From positions 1 through 12,748 of the forward strand of contig JAZDIZ010000020.1 of NCBI GenBank assembly GCA_043804515.1: 12,748 nt of DNA, given 5' to 3'. Numbering within the stretch: position 1 is the first letter of the stretch; every line of letters begins with the position of its first letter. Shown piece after piece: positions 1 to 7,719 of this stretch. Source of the DNA: Pseudomonadota bacterium. Lineage in GTDB: Bacteria > Bdellovibrionota_G > JALEGL01 > DATDPG01. Below the pieces are notes generated by a model. It ran no database searches, had not been told where the DNA came from, and saw only the letters and a list, made by a program, of their open reading frames with translations. The translations under genes and the position numbers were made by a program.

Positions 1-630
1 TGGGTCAAGCACGCGGCCGGCCTGGCCATGGTCCTGGCCTTTTTCCTGTACATCCGGAAGGAGCTCCCGGCTTCGGTGTGGTTCACTCTCGTAGGAACAG
101 GCGTTCTTCTCCTCACTCTTTTTGTGCGGTCCGTGTTCCCCTTGGCGGTTCAAAAAAGCCGTTTCCACAATTTGTTGCGAGCTGGCGGGATTATTGCGGC
201 AGGTCTTCTTTTTTGGTCGGCGTGGAGCCCAACGGGCGGCCCGGGACAACCCGATAAGGATCGTGTGGTCTGGATCACGAACTTTGATTCGGGTCTTAGG
301 AAAGCGTCCGAATTAGGGCGCCCTATCATCGTGGATCTCTGGGCGGAATGGTGCTCCGCATGTCATGAATTGGACGATCGGACGTATTCCGATCCCGGGG
401 TTCAGAAGGAGATCCAAGAGAAGTTCGTCGCAATCAAGATCGACGCCACGAATGCCGATGCGCCCGGGGTGTCGGCGCTGACGAACCGGTACGGCGTGGT
501 GGGGCTACCGACAGTTCTGTTCCTTTCCTCCAAGGGGGACGCATACGAAAATTTGACGCTGACGGGATTTTTGGCGGTGGACGACTTTCTGGAACTGCTC
601 AAGAAAGTGCCCGGGGCGCCGAAAAACTGA
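1..630 (+). CDS. dsbD: Protein-disulfide reductase DsbD family, 5'-truncated (last TM helices plus C-terminal thioredoxin domain)
   Basis: The frame is open from base 1 (WVKHAAGLAM...), so ATG 28 is internal. Hydrophobic helices are followed by a thioredoxin fold with VDLWAEWCSAC (WCxxC) and a YGVVGLPT cis-Pro loop, as in DsbD-gamma. Confidence 0.85.
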   Translation, partial: WVKHAAGLAMVLAFFLYIRKELPASVWFTLVGTGVLLLTLFVRSVFPLAVQKSRFHNLLRAGGIIAAGLLFWSAWSPTGGPGQPDKDRVVWITNFDSGLRKASELGRPIIVDLWAEWCSACHELDDRTYSDPGVQKEIQEKFVAIKIDATNADAPGVSALTNRYGVVGLPTVLFLSSKGDAYENLTLTGFLAVDDFLELLKKVPGAPKN

Positions 631-670
631 CGGGCACGCAAAACCTGTCACCTCATTCATGTCAGCTGAC
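628..670. promoter_or_regulatory. Candidate upstream activator sites for a sigma-54 enhancer-binding protein
   Basis: Clustered half-sites: imperfect inverted repeat TGACGGG-N9-CCTGTCA (628-650), TGTCA at 646-650 and 660-664, and perfect palindrome GTCAGCTGAC (661-670). They lie about 85-125 nt upstream of the predicted sigma-54 start. Confidence 0.4.
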
Positions 671-725
671 GCCAGATGCCCGGCGTAAGTCCTTGGGATT
701 ATGCAAAACAATTGTTAAAAGATCT

Positions 726-741
726 TGGCGCGCGTGTTGCA
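726..741 (+). promoter_or_regulatory. Sigma-54 (RpoN) -24/-12 promoter
   Basis: TGGCGCG-CGTG-TTGCA versus consensus TGGCACG-N4-TTGCW: one mismatch, exact GG-N10-GC spacing (GG 727-728, GC 739-740). It is intergenic and precedes SD AGGAGGT (761-767) and ATG 773. Confidence 0.75.
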
Positions 742-772
742 TTGGATTGGCTCAAATCTCAGGAGGTAATCG

Positions 773-1595
773 ATGACACGCCTTCAGTTGATCCCTTTCG
801 TTCTTGCATTTGCCCTTTTCGGTTGCGGAGGCGGGAACGATCCGACACCCGGTTCCGAGGGGTTTACGCCCAGTGAAGCCGGTTTCGGCCTCCAGACTCT
901 CAAACGATCGGATTCAACCGACGGCACGGCCGGGTCCGTTTCCGAGAAGTTCATCTTTTCCACCGTGAAGGACGAGGCCGTGGAGGGAGAGGGATTTCTT
1001 GTGGACCTCGGGAATGGGAAGAAATTCGTCGCGGCGGACCGTTTTCAGGACAACCCGCACGACATCGAGAATGCGCGGCGGCGCTTCATGGCCGTTCTGC
1101 GAGGCGTGAACGAGTTTGATTATTATGCAACCGAACCCCTGCAGGTGTTCATGGAATATAAAAGCGTGCTCGGCTTCGAGAACGTGCTTCTGAGTGAGGC
1201 CGAATACAAAGCCTTGGCGGCACGCGTTCGCGAGTTAGGGAAAAGGAAGAGATCGCCCTCGTCTATTACCAAGATGTCCGTTCACTTTCGACACGGTGCG
1301 CTTTCCTTGCAAATCGATCTCGGGCTTTGATGAAATCACCGAAACCACGGGGGGGAGCGTGTACATTTTTACTGTTCACTTCTCCGACGGCTTGGAGGAC
1401 CTGAACCTAGGTTTAGGCACCGTCACGCCGAACGGCATGGGCCTGCTGACCGACTTCATGAACCAGGTGAAGTCCTGTGCCGGGACGGAAGGCATGATTT
1501 CAGCCTCCGGACTCCAGTTCCAGGAACAGATCTATACGTTCGCGGGATGCCGATCCGGCTGGGTGGCCAACATTTCGACGGTGCATATCGAGTAA
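773..1595 (+). pseudogene. Uncharacterised lipoprotein, apparently one ~274 aa gene interrupted by frameshift(s) near 1238-1280 (pseudogene or sequencing error)
   Basis: Strong SD, signal peptide and lipobox (MTRLQLIPFVLAFALFG-C) with a Gly/Pro linker. ORF 773-1330 overlaps an SD-less frame open from 1239 to 1595 whose protein-like sequence ends 46 nt before the next gene. Confidence 0.6.
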
Positions 1596-1641
1596 CCGAG
1601 CGGTGCAAAAGGTGCCGGTAAAAGAGAACGGAGGATAGACC

Positions 1642-2460
1642 ATGAACATCATCGAAAAAATTACCGTCTCGGCGCTTGCAATGACCGTCGTTTGCTGCTC
1701 GGGAACCGCCCTCAGTCCTGAGGATCCGATTCAGGCGGCGGCGGAATTCCAAGCCCCGTCCGGTTCGGCGACCGATGCCGACATCGCGTCCATCGTGAAC
1801 GAGGCACTCGAGGGAAATGTGGCGGGCCAGGAGGTCGCTTTCGTCCTCTTCAATTATTTCTCATCGAGGGAAGCCAAGTTCGCCGGATGCTTTTCCGGGG
1901 ATCAGAACCCCACTATGGGATTTCCGACCAACATGGACGTGAAATGTCTGAGCGATCTGGGCGGATTCGGAGGCTGGCAAGTGGACCCTGAGGAGATCGT
2001 GGAACCGTGTACCGGGTCCGGAACGGTCTTCGCCCAGAGAACGGGGGATTTCAGCAAGATCTCGATCAGCGACTTGTCCGCCTCATGCCCTCCCAACCCC
2101 TACTCTTTGTCCGCTTTCAACGCCGAGATCTCGGCTACGGTGGGAACGGGGGGAAACCCCGGCTACTTGTGCTCGGACCTGGAGTTCTCGATGAATGACC
2201 AGTCTTATAGCTTCAAAGGTTGCGTGACGACGTCCAATACGTCCGATTCGCAGTATCTGGTTCAAGCGACGGGTGGAAACGTAGTCGTGACGTTGAAAAG
2301 CGTGGATGCCTCATGCGCCACGCTCTGTGCCGACATTCAGGATCGAAATGGAACCGCGAAAGCCGTATGCGACATCCATGACAAGGCCACCACCTGCAAT
2401 TCGAGCGACGACATCCTGAGTGTCTTGTCGTGCACGCTGACCCGCGGCGCCTCCTGTTAA
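1642..2460 (+). CDS. Uncharacterised Cys-rich exported protein, probable lipoprotein (272 aa)
   Basis: SD GGAGGA at 1630-1635. N-terminal hydrophobic stretch ends in VVCC-SG (atypical lipobox). Twelve further Cys, including the last residue; Ser/Thr/Gly/Asp-rich. Confidence 0.8.
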   Translation: MNIIEKITVSALAMTVVCCSGTALSPEDPIQAAAEFQAPSGSATDADIASIVNEALEGNVAGQEVAFVLFNYFSSREAKFAGCFSGDQNPTMGFPTNMDVKCLSDLGGFGGWQVDPEEIVEPCTGSGTVFAQRTGDFSKISISDLSASCPPNPYSLSAFNAEISATVGTGGNPGYLCSDLEFSMNDQSYSFKGCVTTSNTSDSQYLVQATGGNVVVTLKSVDASCATLCADIQDRNGTAKAVCDIHDKATTCNSSDDILSVLSCTLTRGASC

Positions 2461-2485
2461 GGAGAGCAGACCGGAGGCTTCAGGC

Positions 2486-4504
2486 TCAGCCGAGCATCTT
2501 GGCCAATTCGGCCTCGGAGAGAACCTTCACGCCTTTCTTTTGGGCTTCGGCCAGTTTCGAACCCGCGTTCTCGCCGGCGACGAGGTAGTCGGTCTTTGAA
2601 GTCACACTGGGCGACCACTTTCCCCCCGCCCGAAGGATCTCGTCGCGCAGTTTGTCCCGGGGTCGGGAAAGCGTGCCGGTGATGCAGAACGCGAGCCCCT
2701 TCAATTTCCCGCTGGTGGGAACCCCCTTTTCTTTGGGGTTGATTCCGACGCCTTTGAGCTTCTGAAGGATTTTCCGGTTCCTCGCGTTTGCGAAGAACTC
2801 GGCGATTGCGGCTGCCATCTTGGGTCCGATCCCGTGCAGCTCCGAAAGATCGTTCACCAAATCGGTCTTCGGGCGCTCCAAAAGGTAATCGATCGATTTC
2901 GCATGCTCCGCGAGCTGCGCAGCCGCCACCTCCCCCACCTGGGGGATTCCTATGGCCGTGAGGAGCCTGGCCAGCGTCGCATTCTTCCGGCTCACCTCGA
3001 GGGCGTCCTGGATATTCTGGGCCGACTTATCGGCCATCCGCTCCAAACCTGCCAAATCCTCAAACTTGAGGCTGAAAAGATCGGAGGGATCCTTCACGAG
3101 TCCCTGATCCACCAACTGATCCACCAGAGCCGGACCCAGACCATCGACGTTCATCGCACGGCGGGTCGCGAAATACCGGATGGCCTCCTTGAGTTGGGCC
3201 GGGCACGAAAAGCCATTGAGGCAGCGGGTTGCCACCTCCTCTTCATCGGTCTTTCCGACGGGGCCGCCGCAATCCGGGCATTTCGACGGCATTTGAAATT
3301 TCCGCTCCTTGCCCGACCTGTCGTCTTTGAGAACCTGGACGACTTGCGGAATGATCTCCCCCGCCTTCTCGATCACGACCCGGTCCCCAATCCGCACGTC
3401 CTTCCGTTCGATCTCTTCGGCGTTGTGAAGGCTGGCGTGAGACACCGTCGTGCCCGCGAGTAAGACGGGTTCCAAGTCCGCGACGGGCGTCAGAACGCCC
3501 GTTCGCCCAACTTGCACGCGAATATCTAGGACGCGTGTTTCAGCTCGTTCCGCCTCGTATTTGAACGCGATTGCCCAACGGGGATATTTCGATGTGGCAC
3601 CCAGTGAAGTCTGCTGGTCGTAGCGGTCCACCTTCATCACCAATCCATCCACGTCGAACGGGAGCTTGTGCCGCTTTTCCCGCCACTCGGTGCACGCCTC
3701 GAGCACGCCTTCCGCGCCGTGTGCCACGCGCAGGCCCTTGTTGATCGGGAGGCCCCACTTTTTCAGGCGATCCATGGATTCGCTGTGCCTGCGATCCAGC
3801 GAAACTCCTTCGAGGAGATGATAGAAAAGTGCCCGGAGGGGCCGCCGTGCCGTGAGGCTCGAATCCAGGAGGCGGAGCGATCCGGCTGCGGCGTTCCGGG
3901 GGTTCTTGAATTCGGGAAGCCCCTCCCGCGCGCGCTCCACGTTGATCCCGTCAAGATCGTTTCGTTCGATATAGACTTCGCCGCGGATGTGCACTGTGCG
4001 CTCGTTGGCTTTGCCCGCGAGCCTGAGAGGTATGGAGCGGATCGTCTTGAGGTTTTCCGTGACGTCCTCTCCCACCAGGCCGTCTCCGCGCGTGGCTCCC
4101 AGAACAAGACGCCCCTTCTCGTACGTCAGCTCGATCCCCAGGCCGTCGATTTTGGGCTCCACGGCGAAATCCACGTCCTTCGTGCCCAGACCTGCGAAAA
4201 CCCGGTCCACAAAAGCCCGGAGTTCCTCCTCGTTGTATGTGTTGTCGAGGGACATCATCTTCTCTTTCCGGGGGACCTTCTTGAAATCGCTCAAGGGAGG
4301 GGCGCCCACGCGGGACGTGGGCGAATCTTCAGTCTTCAGTTCCGGGTAGGCCGCTTCCAAATCGACGATCTCCTTCATCAGGCGGTCATAGTCCCGGTCG
4401 GAGATCGTAGGTGCGTCCTGAACGTAGTACCGGGAGTCGTGCTCGGTGATCTCACGCACCAGCTGTTCGTGGCGCCTCACAGCCTGATTCGGTGGGGGAC
4501 TCAT
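2486..4504 (-). CDS. ligA: NAD-dependent DNA ligase (672 aa)
   Basis: YYVQDAPTISDRDYD, MMSLDN, adenylation motif EPKIDG, TRGDG, NPRNAAAGSLR, PRWAIAFK, VGRTG, zinc finger CPDC...C...C, HhH repeats and a C-terminal BRCT domain. Start moved to ATG 4504 (MSPPPNQ) because the 38-codon extension runs through the divergent promoter region. Confidence 0.98.
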   Translation of the reverse strand: MSPPPNQAVRRHEQLVREITEHDSRYYVQDAPTISDRDYDRLMKEIVDLEAAYPELKTEDSPTSRVGAPPLSDFKKVPRKEKMMSLDNTYNEEELRAFVDRVFAGLGTKDVDFAVEPKIDGLGIELTYEKGRLVLGATRGDGLVGEDVTENLKTIRSIPLRLAGKANERTVHIRGEVYIERNDLDGINVERAREGLPEFKNPRNAAAGSLRLLDSSLTARRPLRALFYHLLEGVSLDRRHSESMDRLKKWGLPINKGLRVAHGAEGVLEACTEWREKRHKLPFDVDGLVMKVDRYDQQTSLGATSKYPRWAIAFKYEAERAETRVLDIRVQVGRTGVLTPVADLEPVLLAGTTVSHASLHNAEEIERKDVRIGDRVVIEKAGEIIPQVVQVLKDDRSGKERKFQMPSKCPDCGGPVGKTDEEEVATRCLNGFSCPAQLKEAIRYFATRRAMNVDGLGPALVDQLVDQGLVKDPSDLFSLKFEDLAGLERMADKSAQNIQDALEVSRKNATLARLLTAIGIPQVGEVAAAQLAEHAKSIDYLLERPKTDLVNDLSELHGIGPKMAAAIAEFFANARNRKILQKLKGVGINPKEKGVPTSGKLKGLAFCITGTLSRPRDKLRDEILRAGGKWSPSVTSKTDYLVAGENAGSKLAEAQKKGVKVLSEAELAKMLG

Positions 4505-4519
4505 CGTTTGCCGCTTTTT

Positions 4520-4547
4520 ATCATAGTTCCGCCGTGGAGGATTGGAA
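4520..4547 (-). promoter_or_regulatory. Candidate sigma-70 promoter of ligA
   Basis: Minus strand reads TTCCAA-N16-TATGAT. The -10 box ends 15 nt before the ATG and no SD lies between. Confidence 0.45.
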
Positions 4548-4598
4548 CCGGAGAATAAGCCGGGTGCCTGGCGTCCGGATGCCCGCTGCCACGTTCGT

Positions 4599-4627
4599 TT
4601 GACCCACCTCCGGGCCACCTATATATT
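4599..4627 (+). promoter_or_regulatory. Sigma-70 promoter of lat
   Basis: TTGACC (4599-4604)-N17-TATATT (4622-4627); each box matches consensus at 5/6 with optimal spacing. It ends 10 nt before ATG 4638. Confidence 0.7.
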
Positions 4628-4637
4628 TTCAAGTTCT

Positions 4638-5960
4638 ATGAAGAACTCCCCCGTCGAGCCCAAAACCGTCCATGAAATTCTCTCCAGGTACATTTTGGCG
4701 GATGGCCTGGATCCGGTGTTCGACGCCGAAAGAAGCCACGGCGCCTATCTTTACGATGCACGTACGGGGCGGGAATTTCTGGATTTGTTCTCCTTCTTTG
4801 CGACACAGCCCATCGGCTACAACCATCCGAAAATCGCCAATGACGAATTCCGGGCCCTGCTGGGGCGGATTTCGGTGCACCGGCCCACGCTTTCCGACGT
4901 GTACACGACCGAATACGCGTCGTTCGTGGAGACGTTCGCCCGGATCGCGGGACGTGGGCTTTTCCGATACTACTTTTTTGTGGAGGGGGGCACGCTCGGG
5001 AACGAAAACGCGATCAAAACGGCCTTCGATTGGAAAGTGAGGAAGAACCTGGCCGCCGGACGCGGCGAGAAGGGAAGCCAGGTCATCCATTTTCACGAAG
5101 CCTTCCACGGCCGCAGCGGATACACGCTTTCGCTGACGAATACGTTCGATCCGAACAAACACAAATACTTCGCCAAGTTCGACTGGCCCAGGATCACGAA
5201 CCCGAAGCTCCGTTTCCCGGTGGATGAAACCGTCCTCAAGGAAACCGCGGAAACCGAGAAACAGGCGGTGAAGGAAATCAAAGAAGCGCTTCGGAAGAAT
5301 CCCCACGACATCGCCGCGCTGATCATCGAACCGATCCAAGCGGAGGGCGGAGATAACCACTTCCGGCCGGAGTTCCTCCGTCAGCTTCGACAGCTGGCGG
5401 ATGAAAACGATTTCCTCCTGATTTTCGATGAAGTCCAGACCGGGATGGGGCTGACGGGAAAGATGTGGTGCTTCGAGCACTTCGGCGTGAAGCCCGATCT
5501 CCTCTCCTTCGGAAAGAAGGCGCAGATCGCGGGGTGCGCCTGCACCGAGCGTGTGGACGAAGTGAAGGAGAACGTATTTCACGTGCCCAGCCGGATCAAT
5601 TCGACGTGGGGGGGGAACCTCACCGACATGGTTCGTTGTCAGCGATACCTGGAGATCATCGAGGAGGAGCGCCTGGTCGAGAACGCGGCCTCCGTGGGGG
5701 CTTACTTCCTATCGCGCCTGGAGGACCTGGCGCGAAGCCGCTCGAAGATCAGCAACGTCCGAGGCCGGGGGCTCATGATCGCATTCGACCTGCCCGACAC
5801 GGAAACCCGCAACGGTCTCCGGGGGGCGATCCACAAAAACGGCGCTATCATTCTGGGGTGCGGATCCAGGAGCCTACGTCTGCGTCCACATTTAAGCTTT
5901 ACACGAGAAAATGTAGACCAAGCCATTGACATTATTAATAAATCAGCGTCGACAATCTGA
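4638..5960 (+). CDS. lat: L-lysine 6-transaminase (class III PLP aminotransferase, 440 aa)
   Basis: Class III motifs IEPIQAEGGDNH, FDEVQTG, FGKK (PLP lysine) and VRGRGL, plus LAT-like segments FLDLFSFFA, AFDWK, AFHGRSGYTLSLTNT, KFDWPRI and SRINSTWGG. Confidence 0.9.
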   Translation: MKNSPVEPKTVHEILSRYILADGLDPVFDAERSHGAYLYDARTGREFLDLFSFFATQPIGYNHPKIANDEFRALLGRISVHRPTLSDVYTTEYASFVETFARIAGRGLFRYYFFVEGGTLGNENAIKTAFDWKVRKNLAAGRGEKGSQVIHFHEAFHGRSGYTLSLTNTFDPNKHKYFAKFDWPRITNPKLRFPVDETVLKETAETEKQAVKEIKEALRKNPHDIAALIIEPIQAEGGDNHFRPEFLRQLRQLADENDFLLIFDEVQTGMGLTGKMWCFEHFGVKPDLLSFGKKAQIAGCACTERVDEVKENVFHVPSRINSTWGGNLTDMVRCQRYLEIIEEERLVENAASVGAYFLSRLEDLARSRSKISNVRGRGLMIAFDLPDTETRNGLRGAIHKNGAIILGCGSRSLRLRPHLSFTRENVDQAIDIINKSASTI

Positions 5961-5978
5961 CGTTTAGATAGCCTGGCT

Positions 5979-6467
5979 CTAGACCAGTTTGAAGTACTCA
6001 AAAAGATTGTAGCCGCAGCGTTTGCAGAACGGCCTCACCCGAAGCTGCGGGAGCGTTCCCGGAGGGATGAATCCCCGGTCCGCCTTGAGGATCCGCAAGT
6101 GACAGACAGGACACCTGCTTCCGGGAAATGTCAGGAGCCAGCCAGCTGCGGCGCCAAGAAGAATTGATAGAAGACTCACACCGCCAAAGGACGTGTCACG
6201 AATCCTCTGTATCGGGGCCAATAGAAAGAATAACGAGACCAGTACTCCACCTGCGATTAGCACCTTGTAAGCCCTATGTCGGCCCTTTCGAATCGAAAGC
6301 CTTTGCTGATCAATAGCCTCTTTCGGCGTGCTCTCGAAAGCGGATCGGCGCCTTTTCAACTCATCCAGGTTGTGGGCCAGGTCATTGCGCGGAATGCCAC
6401 AGGCGCTGCAGTAATTTCCCAAAAGGTCATACCTTTCATGGCAGTTCGGGCATTTAGGGAAGATCAT
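5979..6467 (-). CDS. Hypothetical membrane protein with two zinc-ribbon motifs flanking two TM helices (~162 aa)
   Basis: N-terminal CPNC...CSAC, a charged helix, two hydrophobic segments (VLIAGGVLVSLFFLLAPI; VSLLSILLGAAAGWLLTF) and C-terminal CPVC...CKRC. It fills the gap between lat and dgt. ATG 6467 has a G-rich SD-like run upstream; ATG 6479 is an alternative start. Confidence 0.75.
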   Translation of the reverse strand: MIFPKCPNCHERYDLLGNYCSACGIPRNDLAHNLDELKRRRSAFESTPKEAIDQQRLSIRKGRHRAYKVLIAGGVLVSLFFLLAPIQRIRDTSFGGVSLLSILLGAAAGWLLTFPGSRCPVCHLRILKADRGFIPPGTLPQLRVRPFCKRCGYNLFEYFKLV

Positions 6468-6489
6468 GGCCACCCCCATTTCATGTGTC

Positions 6490-7647
6490 TTAGACCCTAG
6501 TCAACGGATCGAACAGCTTCTGGTGCTCTTCGAGGGCGAAGCGGTCGGTCATTCCCGCGATGTAGTCGCAGATGATCCTGGCGGCCGGTTCCGTTTTCAT
6601 CCGTTCCCGGAATTCCGTAGGCAGTTGCTGGGGTCGCGCCATATAGGCGTGGAAGAGGTCCGACAGCATCCGCTTAGCTTTTTCCTCCATGCGCACGACA
6701 CGGAAATGCGTGTAGAGGTTCTCCCACAGGAACGTTCTGAGCTTCAGGCCTTCCTCGGTTACCGCTGGAGAGTACGACGCCAGAAGCCCTTTGTACGCGC
6801 GCACATCGGAAATCGAGCGGACCCCCGCCCGCCGGATGTTTTCAGTCGTCTGGCGCACCAGCTCTTCGACCAGGATCGTGATCATTGCGGAGATCGTGAC
6901 GTGCTTGGTATCCGGGTACCGGAGGGACGGGTACCGCTTCCGGACCCGCCCGGAGGCCTCTTTCCAGAGGCCGACGGTAGTCAACGACTCGATATCGATC
7001 AAGTCCGACGAGAGGCCGTCATCGACGTCATGGTTGCTGTAGGCGATTTCGTCCGCGTAGTTGGTGAGCTGGGCCTCGATCGTGGGTTGTTCCTCCGGGG
7101 CGAGATCGGGAGGAGTGCCTTCGGGGTGATCCCAAGAGGACGTATGTTTGATGATCCCCTCCCTCACCTCGTACGTGAGGTTCAGGCCCGGAAAATCGGG
7201 GTATCTTCTCTCCAGAAAATCCACGACCCGGAGGCTCTGACCGTTGTGTTCGAAGCCCCCGTGATCCTTCATAAGGTCCGACATCGCCCGCTCCCCCGAA
7301 TGTCCGAACGGCGTGTGCCCCAGGTCGTGGGCCAGCACCAAAGCCTCGATCAGATCCTCGTTCAGGCGCAAGGAGCGACCGACGCTCCGCCCGATCTGTG
7401 ACGCCTCCAGGGAGTGCGTGAGCCGGGTCCGGTAGTGGTCCCCCTCGTGATTCACGAAAACCTGTGTTTTGTACTCCATCCGCCGGAAGGCCGTGCAATG
7501 GATGATCCGGTCCCGGTCCCTCTGGAAGTCCGTGCGCGAGCGCGCCTTTTCCTCCGGGTAACGGCGGCCCCGCGATTCCGCCGCCAAGGCCGCGTAGGGG
7601 GCCAATCGTTCCCGTTCCAGATGTTCCAGTTCTTCCCGAGTCAGCAT
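6490..7647 (-). CDS. dgt: Deoxyguanosinetriphosphate triphosphohydrolase-like HD protein (385 aa)
   Basis: RTDFQRDRDRIIH, AFRRMEYKTQV, RTRLTHSLE, LAHDLGHTPFGHSGE, FEHNGQSLR, ADEIAYSNHDVDD and DYIAGMTDRFA. The start at ATG 7647 has SD AGAGGA; the longer track ORF overlaps the OmpA-family gene. Confidence 0.95.
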   Translation of the reverse strand: MLTREELEHLERERLAPYAALAAESRGRRYPEEKARSRTDFQRDRDRIIHCTAFRRMEYKTQVFVNHEGDHYRTRLTHSLEASQIGRSVGRSLRLNEDLIEALVLAHDLGHTPFGHSGERAMSDLMKDHGGFEHNGQSLRVVDFLERRYPDFPGLNLTYEVREGIIKHTSSWDHPEGTPPDLAPEEQPTIEAQLTNYADEIAYSNHDVDDGLSSDLIDIESLTTVGLWKEASGRVRKRYPSLRYPDTKHVTISAMITILVEELVRQTTENIRRAGVRSISDVRAYKGLLASYSPAVTEEGLKLRTFLWENLYTHFRVVRMEEKAKRMLSDLFHAYMARPQQLPTEFRERMKTEPAARIICDYIAGMTDRFALEEHQKLFDPLTRV

Positions 7648-7719
7648 GAAAGGTCCTCTTTTTCCTGGACGAAGCGGATTCAGGGAATCTAATGTGGCGC
7701 TTGAAGTCAAGGCATTCCC

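Noticed and set aside
676..876. 66 aa ORF across the sigma-54 promoter
   Set aside because: No SD, it overlaps the lipoprotein start out of frame, and the region is better explained as regulatory.
1328..1333. TGA-TGA as possible selenocysteine or stop read-through
   Set aside because: The in-frame continuation does not look protein-like, I saw no SECIS-like hairpin, and the +1 frame explains the downstream coding signal better.
1400..1417. Near-perfect 18 bp palindrome CCTGAACCTAGGTTTAGG
   Set aside because: Single occurrence inside probable coding sequence, with no loop or other support.
2834..4558. Long plus-strand ORFs 2834..3463 and 3668..4558
   Set aside because: They are antisense shadows of ligA, expected at high GC, with no motifs.
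4505..4637. N-terminal extensions making ligA (from 4618) and lat (from 4542) overlap
   Set aside because: The extensions show no family similarity and run across the promoter boxes; ATG 4504 and ATG 4638 give typical protein lengths.
4629..5582. 317 aa minus-strand ORF
   Set aside because: Antisense shadow of lat.
5926..5956. Perfect TTGACA in the lat tail as an antisense promoter into the zinc-ribbon gene
   Set aside because: No acceptable -10 box at 16-18 nt spacing; GACAAT is 19 nt away.
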